Assembly (NCBI RefSeq): GCF_009914755.1
Contig: NC_060937.1
Strand: one strand, 5' to 3'
Origin: the human T2T-CHM13v2.0 reference genome, Homo sapiens
DNA length: 64,000 nt
Under the pieces are notes generated by a model, which had not been told where the DNA came from, searched no databases, and worked only from the letters and a program-made list of their open reading frames with translations. Shown here piece after piece: positions 29,901 through 44,953 of this stretch (position 1 is its first letter; every line of letters begins with the position of its first letter). The position numbers and the translations under genes were made by a program.

Positions 29901-32900
29901 ACCCAAATACATCTCATGATCCAAAAGAGGCCTGTTTTAAATAGCCAATAAGTATCTAGCCAAATAGCAGGAACAGTGCCTTGGCCACAGGAGGCACAGT
30001 CCAAATAAGACCAACTATTTGTGGCTTCTGTCAACCTTCTTCACCCACTCACAGCAGAACACATAAGGATTCCTTTCCCTTGAAAACTCGATCCTCTCCT
30101 TCCTTGATTCTTCCTTCCAGTCTGACTCTCAAACCTTAACACTTTCCTGTTAGTGACTAAGAGTCTCTGTTCCTCTCTTGGTCCTCCCTTGAACGATTCC
30201 AATACCATGTACTATAACTGAAGAGCCCTATTCCTTTTCCAGGAACAAAGAGAGGTCACCAAGCAGCTGTGTTGCCCTAGGGAGCTGGCAGCTATCTAAA
30301 TGTCCTATACTAGCACAAGAAGCACAGTGAGCTGGTCCTTCCCCAGGGGATGTTTTTAACATCAGATGGAGAAACTGTTTTTGACACTGGCACAGGGATC
30401 ACTGCTGACTTTTTAAAAAGGAATGAACAGTGACATATTCATATCATATCTAGAAGTCAGGAATAATTTTAAGACTGAGGAGAAATAAAAACTCAACAGA
30501 AATTAAGCGTGTCTTAAATCTTTCAAGAACTATCATGTCTAGACTGATCAAAATCAAGAAAACCACCACTGGGATAGTTAGAATCCCCAGGCATTTGAGG
30601 GTTAGGGAGGAAGGCAGAGAGAGGGCAGATGCCCAGGGCCTGACCCTGAGAACCTGATTGGCCAGGTTCAAACGATAAAGAGACTCACAATGGCCTGTCA
30701 GGAATAGCATGAAGGATGAGCCCCCAGGTGGCCAGGAAACCAGGCATGGCTGCTGCTGCTCACCAGGCCACTCATCAAATGCGTCACTGAGTAATCCGCA
30801 CAGAGGAAGCTGGGAGAGGGCCAGGGCTGCAGCCAGTGGCACCCTGCAGTCCAGGAGGAGGTCTGAAATTGCAAGCTGTCCACCATTAACAAGTAATGAA
30901 ATCAATTTCCTGGGGCAGGTCCAGGAATTTTACAAAATGAAACCAATTAGAAAATGTCAGAATGTATCATATATAATAAAGGCAAAGCTATTGTTTTATT
31001 AAATTTTTGCTGTATGCACAGAAACAGGCTCATATACATATTTAGGTTAAATGAAATGCTTACTTCCTCTACTCTACAACTTTATTCTTTTTTTAAAAAA
31101 GGGATGAGAAAATAATTACTATATGAAAGAAATCCATGTTACATAAAGAAAAGTGATGTTGGGAAATGTTTTTCCATTGTTACATGATTTTGTTGTCAAA
31201 AACACTGAGCCTCTTTTTTAAGAACTCTAATATGTGCAACTTAAAATAATTGTCCTGTTTGTTTTAAAATCTTCCAAATGAAGAGGTGCAATAGGTTCTG
31301 AACATTCAACATAAAATGCAACCTTTCAATTAATTTGCAAGAACTGACATCAAGAAAGACGCAAATAGCCAAATAAACACTTCTGCTTAGTGGGCATGAT
31401 TTTAAAATGAAGCTCATTACTTCAGATTGCAGCCAATAATCTGTTTCTTCCACTTGGATCTACACACCTTTGTGAAGTTACACTTTTAGCTGTAACAGTC
31501 ATTAAAACTAAGCATTGAAATAAAAATGAAATCATTGTCCCTAAATTGTTATCCTAAGATTTAAAAAAAAATAAAGTATATTTAATGTCATGGCTCTCAA
31601 TGAAAATATTACTCCTATTTTTTGGAAGGATTTTGTAGCAGTAAGATTACTTTTCAGTGTCTTCACATTATAGTCTTCCATATTTCTACATTTCATGGAT
31701 TTTTATAAATTATATACAAGCACTACTATAATTTACAAGTATCCTTAAACTACCAACATAGTAACAGTGTGTAACTCACACACACTTTATTGTTAACAAA
31801 GCCTGAAGAGCACTGTCCTAGGTGAGAGTGACAGTGACAGTGGTCAACACAATCCTGCCCTATGGGTCAAATGAAATGGGGTCAAGAGCTATGATTGACT
31901 CTTACTTAGGCCAAGGGCTTCTGGGAGACAGAAGGGCAGACACTGATTTGATGTCTACAAATATTGCTTTAAAAATTTTTTATAATTTTATATTTCTTTT
32001 ACAAAGTAAATAATTATCATATGAAAAAATACAAAGTAAAAGGTAAAAGTCTCCCTTAATGCAAGAGGTTTTGCATTTTGATTTAAATAAAGACAATTTT
32101 AAGTGCTGGTTTTAAAAAGGAATTACCATGAAAGTTTTTTCCTAAAATACTAAGAATTCATCTATGGCGCGAACTAATGAAATATGTAAGAAATTAGTTT
32201 ATATTTTGAAAAGTACACAAAAGATGTTTTTATTGTCTAATAATCCCATACTAAACAACTCAGGGAAAAAGTTTCCACTAAAAATAGGAACTGATTATTT
32301 CTTGTGATGAACAAATATGTATTTTACACAATTCCCTAATGAGAACCAAGGAAAATGGTGCCTTTCTTTTAACACGAATATTTCTGAATGCGGTTTCTAG
32401 CTGCCTTGAACAAACTCCCTTCTTTTGTTGCTACGTTTCTGCAAATCTCTTCCAGATCCACTGCGGTTTATGACATTCTATCCAATTAGTTGTCAACATA
32501 GTTCCTTTTACCTTCACTGTGATGACTTTACTTTTGCTAAGAAGATTTCATGCAATCAACCTGTTCAATTAAGGCTATACAAAAAGCTATTCTCAAAAAC
32601 CTACTGCTAGGCAACAGAAACGTGTTGAACTAAATCTCAGGCGAAAAATATTTCTAAATAGAGATGAGAACAATTGTAGTCACTTCAGAATAATTAATAC
32701 AAAATACAAAATAAATTTTGTTAAAATTTGTAAGCACAGGTAAACACACACAAACCTTAAATGAGTATTTTCACATGTATGTATATGTGTGACTATGTAC
32801 TGTATACATATTTGGCATACATGGTAGATCCCCAATAACTAGCTGACTTAGTTTAATATGTTTGCTCAGCCGCCCACCTCTGTCACCTTTGCTATGAATT

Positions 32901-33545
32901 TGAGAACACAGTATGGAATGTCAGTGTTCTGCGTTTTCAAGAGAGCACAGTTATTGCAAACCCTTTGCAGTTAGTTGCTTTGAAGAGCAACAAATGAGGT
33001 GAATTCTTATGGTAAAGGCAGAATAGTTTATTATCCTAAATTCACAACTAGGTTAGATTTTGAAATATGGGCTTTGTATTGCAAACCAAACTAAAACATT
33101 TCATCCACATTTATTTATCTTTGGGGAAAAAAGTTTTGATTGGAAAAAGGCTTTTAAGGGCTAACAGAATTCATGAGAAGAGTTCCTCAGGCTTCTTAGA
33201 AAGCTAATTCTTCTTAAGAAACAACTTTGATAAGTGTAAATGAATCAGAAACATATGGATTAAATTTCCCCTTAAACAAACACTTTAAAAAGGATTTAAA
33301 AATTAAAGGAAATATGTTTAGTAAAGTATATTTGAGAAATGTTACAAAACATATTTCAAAATGTTTGGAAAATAGCTTGAGGTATTTTACAAAACCCAAA
33401 TGAAGTTCAATTCATCCACATCTAATTACGTAATAATTACTAACACTATAGTTTAGGATTTTTGTTATGGAATACAGTGGTCATACCATGGTTATTTGTT
33501 TAAAAAATTATTTAAGATGTAGTAATTGACAGACGTTTTGAATAT

Positions 33546-33586
33546 TCAGACGAGATTAGGTGTGTTCAGATGGTGTGGCCATGGTA
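33546..33586 (-). pseudogene. 5S rRNA 5' fragment (about nt 1-42), tailless retropseudogene
   Basis: tcagacgagattaggtgtgttcagatggtgtggccatggta aligns to the reverse complement of the 5S 5' end (TCAGACGAGATCGGGCGCGTTCAGGGTGGTATGGCCGTAGAC), many differences being CpG-type transitions. 15-bp target duplication ttttgaa(t/c)attcaga at 33536-33550 and 33587-33601. Confidence 0.85.
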
Positions 33587-34124
33587 TTTTGAACATTCAG
33601 AATTAACTTTGTTCTGGTGCTTCAAAGTTGAACAATGAGCCCCATCCATGACTTGGTGAAGCCCCTATGACAACTATGCGTCCAGCTAAGGACTCTGAAG
33701 CTGTCATCCAGTCAGCAGAGGACTGCTGGAGATCCCAGGAATAAAAGTAACTGTTAGAGCTCAATGTCACCTAAGTTGGTGGCCCAAATATGATTCATGG
33801 GAATTCTTAAAATGATTAGTTCATTTCATTAAGCATTGCCCTTAAAAACAATAGGTATATATTTGCACTGTGATAGAGCAAACGGCAGCCATTAGTCTCA
33901 AATGCATTTAAATCCCAAAAGAGCCCTCTTTTCTTGCCTTATTAACATAAATTCTGAAACAGAACCTATCACAGTAGTCTACCTAAAAATCTGACAAAAA
34001 AGCATTAAGAGAAAGGGAAGGTTAAAAATTGATTCATAACCTCAGAAAAATGGGTGAATGCAACATTTTAAAAACTGAGTGCTTTTTGTGTGTTTTTAAC
34101 ATTGTTGAGAGTAAGCTTAGAATA

Positions 34125-34330
34125 TGGCAAGGGAATGGGTTCTGGAACCAAACTGACCTAGGTTCCTATCCTTCTTCACTTCTTAGGAGCCGTTCAACTA
34201 GAGCAAGTCACTCTATAAGCCTCAGTTTTCTCTTCTGAAGAAAAAGAATAAGAATAAATATATCTTTTAGGGCTAATGTATGAATTTAGTAAATAAAAAT
34301 ATCTAGCACAAACATTATGTTAGTTCCAAT
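34125..34330 (+). mobile_element. MIR
   Basis: gagcaagtcactc...agcctcagttttctcttctg. Confidence 0.6.
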
Positions 34331-35840
34331 CCTATGATGTCAACTTATCTTACATTTCTTATTTTTAACCATCATCAGCTCGGGTAATTGTATTGGTATC
34401 TGCTAGAGTCTTAAAGGTCCTTAACAAATGTTCTGCCATCTGACTTGCTTTAAGCCTTGTCTGCAGCATTCTTCAAGATCAGAAACAGATATAAGTTCTG
34501 CTTCCAGGTCAGAATATGATCTTGAACATATATTTTTAAATTTTCATGGGTTCAACTCTTCACCTGTAAGATGAGGGGACCAAGTCATTTGCTCTTAATT
34601 TCAGCTCTCAATGCTGTAGGTTGCTGGTGAGTCTCTCAAAACTTACAGGGAAGGTCTTAAGAAGATATTAGAATGGGTAAAACTAGGAAAGAGTTGCCCA
34701 TCAAGCTTTTCTGATTGTAAAAAGGATAAGAAGTAACCACCAAGCACATGTGCTCTCTCCCCTGATCCCTTTCTGCCCTGTTCTGGGTGTAGCAGGAGCC
34801 AGAGGAATGCCCAGGTGAAGCCCCACGTCTGCCTGGCCAGGTGCAGTTGAAGTGGTGACATCCAGCCAGGGAGGGGGAGGAGCACCTGAGTACCAGCCTC
34901 CAGCCTTGGGGCATCAGTTGTTGGAACCAGCCAGGTGAGACCTGAGCCCACCCTGCCTTTCTGCTTATCATTAGAAAGGTAGCAGCTGATGCTGGGAAGA
35001 GACGGAGCCAGGCAATGCTTCCATCTTCCCTCACGATTTCTAGTTAAATTCCTGGCATCTCTGGGCAAACACTCCAACACTGTGCCATGCTCTGCCATGG
35101 GAGCCAGGTCAGTCACAGGTGGCACTGGTCATATGCACTGGAGAAAGGACTGCAGGGAGAGTGGGAGGGCTCTAGCCACAAATGTCTCCTGTCTTTGTCC
35201 CACTTAACCTAATTCTTTTTCTTTATACCCCCCAAGAGACCGAAACCTCACTTAAAGCCACAGGAAGAAAATTACGGCTGGGGCCATGGCATTAAATTGT
35301 TGCTAGGTCCCTTCCAGTTATAAATATTACACAACTGCATGGCAGCATAATTATGCAAAAATATCTACTTCACACTTGGTCCACCAGGAGCACTTCTGGG
35401 ATCCAAAGATAGAGGTAAAAAGGCCGCGGATAGCCCAGAGAAACGACACACAGCACTAGAGCCCAAAGAATAGACCTCCCTACCACTCCTCATCCCTAAA
35501 CTGCAGTACTCATTTACACATGATGCTAACAAGCCTAACAACTATTTCTCTAGGTTCACTGAAGACTAGAAATAGGACACTGAAGAGGAAGAAAGGCTGA
35601 TAAGAGACCAGTGGAAATGTTATAAAAGCAAACATCAAAATTCAAAGACCAGTCAGTGAGAGAGCTTTAAAGAAAAAAAAAAGCTGTGCTACCCCTCCAC
35701 TAACTGCAGAGAGTGGCATAAAACAAGGGACTGACTGACCTCATAACAACTCTGAATCCTAAAGAAAAGGGTAAGTTCCAATTCTTCAGTTTACAAACTC
35801 AAGGAACAAATGTGATATGCTTTAGCAAAGTTTCAAATTG

Positions 35841-36821
35841 ATAAGCATGTGAAAAAATGTTCCACATCATCTGGAAACTGCAATGGAAACAATGAGGTAC
35901 CGTTACACACCTATCAGTGAACCTAGTGAAACAGCTGTTAGGCTTGTTAGCCTCATTATTGCTATTAGAATGGCAAAACCCAAACTACCGACACTACCAC
36001 ATGCTGATGAGGATGTGGAGCAACAGAAACCTTTATCCATTGCAAGTGGGAATATGTAACGGTACAGCCACTTTGGAAGATAGTCTGGTAGCTTCTTATA
36101 AAACTATACATACTCTTACCATACGTTCTGGCAATCACATTCGTATTTACTCAAGTTGAAAACTTATGCACTTGCAAAAACCTGCACATGAATGTTTATA
36201 GCAGTTTTACTCATAATCGCTAAAACTTGGATGCAAACAAGATGTCCTTGAGTAGGTGAATGGATAAACAAATTGTGGTACATCCAGACAATGGAGTGTT
36301 ATTCAGTGCTAAAAAGAAATGAGCTATCGTGCTACAGGAAGACATGGAAACTTAAATGCATACTGCTAAGTAAAAGAAGCCTGTCTGAAACAGCTACATA
36401 CGATTCCAACTATATGACATTCTGGAAAAGACAAAACTAGAGAGTCACTAAAAGGCTCAGTGGTTGCCAGGAATTGGGAGGCGAGGGAAAAATGAATAGG
36501 TGGAACACAGGGAATTTTTAAGCAGTGAAACGATTTTGTCTGCTGTTGTAAAGATGGATACATGACATTATGCTTTTGTCAAAACCCATAAAAGTGTATA
36601 ACACAAAGTGAACCCTAATGTCAACTACTGTCAATTACTGAATAATAATGCATCAACATCAGTTGATCAATTATAACAAATATACCACACTAATGTAAGA
36701 TGTTAGTAAGAGGAGAAACTGGGGCGGGGGTTGTAAGTAAATGGGAGCTCCAAATTTTCTGCTCAATTTTTCTGTAAACATAAAACTGCTCTAAAAAAAA
36801 TAAAGTCTATTAACTAAAAAA
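35841..36821 (+). mobile_element. L1MC-type 3' end
   Basis: ORF2 end plus 3' UTR finishing ctgctcaatttttctgtaaacataaaactgctctaaaaaaaataaagtctatt. Confidence 0.8.
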
Positions 36822-37172
36822 ATTGTTTGGAGGAGGTCATAAAGTAAGACTTAGTCATCTAGAAAATGCACCATATGGAACATCTACTTTGCAATGGTGC
36901 TACACAAATAAGACAAGTGTATTGATTATGCCAGTTGGAATTAACTGAAAAAACACACATCTTACCTGCATCAACCTTGAAATTATTGGCATAAGCACAG
37001 CAAATACAAAATGTCAGGTTTATAATATGTGATTTTATGAGAACAAAAATCTGGGGAAAGCCATCCCTTACTAGTGAGGGGTTTGTTGCTCCCACTGGTG
37101 GCAAGAAGTGCACCCGTGACTATAGGTCAAAATGAACCACAAAGAAAGCGATGACAACCAACACTCTATAAA

Positions 37173-37178
37173 TTTATT
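37173..37178 (-). terminator. Candidate distal polyadenylation signal AATAAA
   Basis: tttatt on +; on the minus strand it is followed by GTGTTGGTTGTCATCGCTTTCTTTGTGGTT (GU/U-rich). An ATTAAA variant lies at 37259-37264. Confidence 0.65.
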
Positions 37179-40085
37179 ACCAAATATAACCTATGCACAA
37201 ACACAGCTAAGCTAATGAGATTAGCAAAGTAGCAGCACAAAAGGTAAGGAAAAACACATTTAATAAATACAACTTGGAAACGTCTTTTTCTTTAAATTAG
37301 GTTCAAATACTGGGAGACAAACACTGAAACAAAAGTCTTAACAACGCACTTACAAGCCATCATAACATGCAGTGATCCTGCGAGACACTGTGTCCACTCA
37401 CAGCCATGTTAACTGGGGGCCACTCCCTGCTGCCGTACCATCATATGAATATACATTTGTCAGTAAAAATGTGACAAAAATGTGATGTTTTTCCAGGTTT
37501 GTGTGTTTTCATAAAGTTACTCAGGTTTTTAGAGAATGAACATAGGAACATGTAGGATCCACAATTTTTAATGTCATCAGGTTAGTCTGTATTTACAAAA
37601 CTCTAAGAAAATAGATGTGTGTTATGTTTGGAACTGCTGCTTTGAATGCAATACATCCAAATAATGAAGCTGACCATAACAAAGACGGGAAAAGTAATTC
37701 AGACATTTCACAGAGGCCTTATTTGGAATACAAACACTTTGCTAGAGAAAGAAAGATGGAATATTTTAAACAATTTCAAGATTAAAAAGAAAAGTTAATG
37801 GGAGGAGGGCAACAGCAGGAGGGAAGGATGTGCTTAAAAGAAACAAATCTGCATAGATGATGAACTGAATTTAATTCAATTCATTCCTGCCTAAAACTAA
37901 GCCTGGTTAACTGAGGTAGACTCTGGGAATTACACGTGCAAAGAGTCAGGTTTTCCAAAGGGCGATATTTTGTCATTTCAGATATGGTAAAGTAAAAGTG
38001 CATTTTATAGTTTCGAACAATCAAATGGGAGTCCTTTTATAAGAGGGAAACTTCTCTATACAAATTCCCTATTTTTTTGTGTCAAATTTCCATATGTACA
38101 AAAACCTACACACTGTTGGTAATAAAGCAATATCTAGGGTTTTTTTCATTTATTTTCTCAGAAAATGAGAAAGGTAAAATAAATTTTATGACATTACCTA
38201 AATATTTTTCCTGTTTTTATTAATAAGTCACTGGGAATTTAGAAATATCATTAAAGCTAAACAGTTGTCTGGAGCCAAAAAACCTAATAAAAATTCAAAG
38301 ATCTATTTGTTAATGAGGTGAATGTTTAAAAATATATCTATTATCCTAATAATTTGATTATTAAAATACACAATTTCCACATTAAGAAACAAATATTAAA
38401 AGCAAATGTCAAAAAAATTTAAGTATGAAAAGCCTAATTTAAAAGTATAAATAAGTAAACTTACAATAATTACAACAGAGTTTTTAGCTTTTTCTGTAAA
38501 AATAGTTAGTGGAGATGACAGTAAAACATTCGAGGCTTAAATATTTTTACCCCCCTAACATGTCCCCTAAGTATAATTTCTGCTTTTTCCTATTGTGACA
38601 TATTCTCAGGTTCACACAAATATTACGTGCATCACAAATTAAGTGGTTTCTTTAAAATATACAATCAAAACAGTTACGGAAAAAAAGATACAAAAAAGAG
38701 AATAGTTAGGATTTTTTCCTCATACAAGTTAAGGTGGCCTTTTCTTGGAAAAGGCCAGCATTCACCCTTAACATTTTATGCCTGTCATACAGAATATACC
38801 CTAAACTGATTTATCACTAATAAAAGTTATCTTAAGAGTGGGAATCCACTATTAGGCAAAGAAAGACTCAATAACCTAGACAATACTGAAGGAACCGAAG
38901 TCCACTCACACAACATGAAATACTTGCCTAGTCCTTCATTTTATCTCAAGTTAGGGTGGGGGGAAAGTGAATCACAGCTACCTCAGCTGGTTAGTGTTTT
39001 ATGATTCTCATCACACATTTAGCAGTGTATATAAAAACTTATTCCTAAGGAAGGAATTCAAATGAACTCAAGCTGTCCAAAACCTAGAGTACTAATAATT
39101 TCATGTTCAACAGAGTCAGGCTATACAAAACAAAGTCAAAGAATGACAATCATACTGTAAATTTGGGTTGTACACACACATTTTCCCCTGATGTATGTGT
39201 ATGACTGTCCATAGATTCACCAGGTATTGGTTTGCTTACTTTTTGAGTAATTCGTGCTTTCAGCCTATGTTTTGAGAGTGAAATATGACATCACAATCTC
39301 AGAAGCTGAAATTAAGCCCTGAGCTATACAGCTAGACCACCGCATGTTTTCCCCTTCCAAAATGGCTAGGTATTGTGGGAGGTAGTGGTCAGACCCGAAA
39401 GTGTGTAGATAAAGTCTGTGATGCCACCATCTATTGTCTACTTGGATCACTAGAAGGTTGCAGCTTCCATTAAAGAGGTGTTTATTTTACTAATATTAAT
39501 TTCCTTTAAAAAAAGAAATTATGGGGGCAAAAGGTTTATAGTAAACATGTCATGCTTATAATAAACAGGCAGCTTGGGAAATGGTAAAAATTGTTCATTA
39601 AAATAGATCCATAATAGTTACACATTATTCAAATAAATGTATATCAGTTCTAATTTCAAAACAGATTTAAAGTGCAAAAAATAGGGGAAAAAAACTTTTA
39701 TATATTTTTCCAAAGCACAAACAGATTACTATGCCTCTCCATCAGTGATCTAAACTCTTGTTTCAGTAGTAGAAGCCAGAAGCTATACAGAGTCGTTAGA
39801 GAAACTGCCAAGTTTGAACTGTACTCTCTAGTCCAGCTTTGTCTTGGTCCACAGAGCTCCTACTCACTGTGTCTTGGACCAACCAATACACGTCTACAGA
39901 ATGAAGGGACTATCTGATCAGATATCTGCAAAGCAGACTTAGCTTAGTCCTACAGTCATTGTGCTGCAGAACTCAAAATACTCATGTTTTCAGAGGAATT
40001 AAAGGAGCCAAATATTTTTCCTTTGATAATGCATCTGCTACCGCAACACTGAATAACAAAACAAAACGAAGCAAAACAATTCAAT

Positions 40086-40800
<715 letters not shown>

Positions 40801-41101
40801 AAGTTACATAGAACACCTGAGGGATGTCTTTAAGATCCTTTAAGGGATTTAAGATATACAAAGCATCTACCATCCACTGACAGGGCAAAATGAGAAACAA
40901 GGGAAATAAAAAGCACACCTGACTCACTTAACATAGTAAAGTTAGGCTCCCAGGAAGTTTAAGTTGCCAAATACTGCTTAACTGGTATTAAAAGAATCAC
41001 AATTACTATGTCATTATCCATGAAGAATTCAGAAAAATAATTAAATGCACACCAAGATAATCAATACAAAACCCAGAAAAGGTCTAACTAATCAACTATT
41101 G

Positions 41102-41180
41102 TTAGGCTGGTGCAAAAGTAATTGCGGTTTTTGCCATTGAAAGTAATGGAAAAACCACAATTACTTTTGCACCAACCCAT
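41102..41180. mobile_element. MADE1 (Hsmar1-derived MITE), near-complete palindrome
   Basis: ttaggctggtgcaaaagtaattgcggtttttgccatt-gaaagt-aatggaaaaaccacaattacttttgcaccaaccca matches the two mariner inverted repeats with a 6-bp spacer. Confidence 0.93.
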
Positions 41181-42005
41181 TACAAACAAGTTTTAACAAT
41201 CACAAGACTAATGTTTTAGTGACGGCTCCTAAAACTTCAGGGAAAAAAAAAGTGCATTTCTGACTGGCAATAGTTTGCAAAATAATCGTAATGAAACTAC
41301 TTATTTCTTTATTTTAAAAGTTAATAAAAGGAAACCTCTCAATTTTTAGGAAGAATTCAATTACAATAAAATCATGATGTCTTATGATCTGGCATCTTAT
41401 AATCTGTGTCTCAGAAAGAAGGGCAATTTACAGCATCAGATGAATACTGGAGTTTAGGTAAGACTTAAGTTATCTGAAAAGAACATAAGGCATTTACAGT
41501 TTTTAGCAGGGAAAAATAATCAAATCTCTTTTTTTAAAAAAAACCTTCTTAGTATCTTGGTTAAATGTCCAAAAAGCTGTATTATTTTTAGTTTTAAACC
41601 AGTAGGCACTATTCGAAACTGAGAATTCAGGATGTTATCAAATACAAATTTTTAAAAGCTTGACCATTAAAGCATAAATTGCCTAATGAGACACATGTAA
41701 TCATAAAAACTAACGCCAGGATCATTTACTTGTGATTGGATATATGCCATTTATTTTTCTGGCTTCTTTCTAATGTGTAATTCCTGCTGAATTGAGTGAG
41801 CATGTCAGATTTCTATCTTTATCTTAGTGTGTGTAAAAGTTCTCAACCTAGACAAGGACAAATTTTAGAATTTTCCAATGAACATCATTCACTATGTATG
41901 ATGCTGTTTTGTTAAACTAGCTGTTTGGAAAACAATAAAGATTTCATTTGTTTTGCGTTAGCCACAGAGAGTGGACTTGTTTAGAATGTAAAAGTATTTA
42001 TCTCA

Positions 42006-42245
<240 letters not shown>

Positions 42246-43025
42246 TCACGCACACACAAAAAAGTGAAAACAAACTTGGAAGTCTAGAATGAAGAATTAC
42301 ATCTAATGCAGTAATATTCTTCCCACCTTTCCATATTAAATGTAAGAAGCACCAGCAAAAAATACTAAAGACAGAGAAATGACCTGGCAAAATGATTCAA
42401 ATACCACAGAGCGTGAGAATATTCCTCAGTAAAGCTCAAGATATTATTAAGTAGCTAGCAGAAGAAATGGCAGGGGTAGCGGAAGTAAAAATTCTAACCA
42501 TATGACAGACTCTAACAGTAAGTCATAAATTCTAAAGGTTTAATTAGTAAATTCATTATTTCCTCCAAAATATACTGTCATTCTTCTCTTAACAATGAAT
42601 GTTTGACACAAATCCAATTTTGATGTTAAAAGTCAACATACATAGATAGGTCCCTCATGTTGACAGAGCACAGAATTGGAAAAAAAAACTGCAAATGAGA
42701 AATAGGGGTATTTCTAAATCTTCTGTATTCCTAAAATATCACACTGCGCCCTTGCTTCAGCCTCCCTGATAGACTGGTTTGGGTGTGCAATATTAATGCA
42801 GGAATACGTGGAATACCAGCACAAAGCCGGGGAGGGAGACTAGCAAACTCTCGCCATCAATTATTTCTCAACTACATTTAGTATTCTTCGCAGTTTTAGA
42901 TTTTTTTTTCCTTTAAGCGAAAACCACTCCACTGAAAAAAATTCCAAACTTGTTTTTTAAAAATTGCAGGAATTTCTTCGTATTTTATCAACAAAAATAC
43001 CAGAAATTAAAGAGCTGACAGAAAT

Positions 43026-43241
<216 letters not shown>

Positions 43242-44228
43242 TCAGTCAACAGTAATTTTTGCACATGTTTTAAACACTTTCAATTGTAACAAAGTTATGA
43301 AAAAAAAATCAAAAGATTATTTTATATGTTTTTATGAGGCTTCTTAGAATTTTCCACTTAAGAAACATCCTGGGGGTTCAGCAGAAGTTAAGACAGGATG
43401 CAAACAACCAAAAACATGAAATGTATAGTTAACGAACCCTAAAAGTCTAAGTTAAGCTCGAATAGTACTGAATTTTCTTTTCTCCACTTGCTCCTCAAAG
43501 ACAGCCAAGAAGTTTAGGAAACTGAAGTCAAATTTTGAAATACTGAATTGTACACTTGGAAATGAACATATGGCTAATGTTAAGATAATTCAAACCACAG
43601 ACCAGTTTGTCTACAGCCTAAATAGAGGAATAAAGACACGAATCACTCCCTCTGAAACATGAATATCCACATATAGTGGACATGGAATTCCCTACATGGA
43701 GTATTTGTAGGCAACTGAAGGCATAAACTCTGGCTTCTCTTGATCCCATGTGCAGCTCTCTTTGACCAACTATAAATAAATATGAAGGTCTGGAAGAAAA
43801 GGATAATTCATAATCACAAAAAAGCTATTAGGAAGGCCAAGCCAACAAAAATGTCAAGTTCTTAAATATTTTGCTATAGTAGCAGTAGGAACTATTGCAA
43901 CCTTATTGTATGCCACTAAACTTGGATGCACATGGGAAAAATGCGAGCAGAAAAGGTGAGAAAAACAGATGCTGTGGCTTTAAAGAAAGGCTACTAAAGT
44001 CAATTTAAGTGCAGTTAGAAAAATAAGAAAAAAAATAACTGCAGTGACAGGAACTGTCTAAAACTTATGATGTCGCTAAACTGAAAAAATTTTAAACGTG
44101 TATCTTCCCCAGCTTACGCTGATCATTTTTGCTCATTTGCATGTGTTTAAATAATGCCAACAAAAACTAAATAATATTACTTTAGGTTGATGCAGAAAGG
44201 CTCCAACACAAAGCTAAACTAATCTTAG

Positions 44229-44558
<330 letters not shown>

Positions 44559-44782
44559 ACACAACAATTTCTTAAAAATCCAAAGATCAAAAACATCAAC
44601 GACCACTGCTATATAATTTTCATCTCACAATGAAAAATAAAGTTATATGTAAAAAAAAAGGGACAAATGGGAAACCATTTTAAAGAAATGGGTAGCTGCT
44701 TTCATGTCTAACTACACTGGGCTAACTACATTGACTTTAAGACCAGTCCTCCTGCGAAGTCTATAACTAATGTCTAAAATCA

Positions 44783-44953
<171 letters not shown>

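Noticed and set aside
35345-35356. Palindrome GCATAATTATGC (POU-like)
   Set aside because: A 12-bp palindrome is expected by chance in 64 kb, and nothing else supports it.
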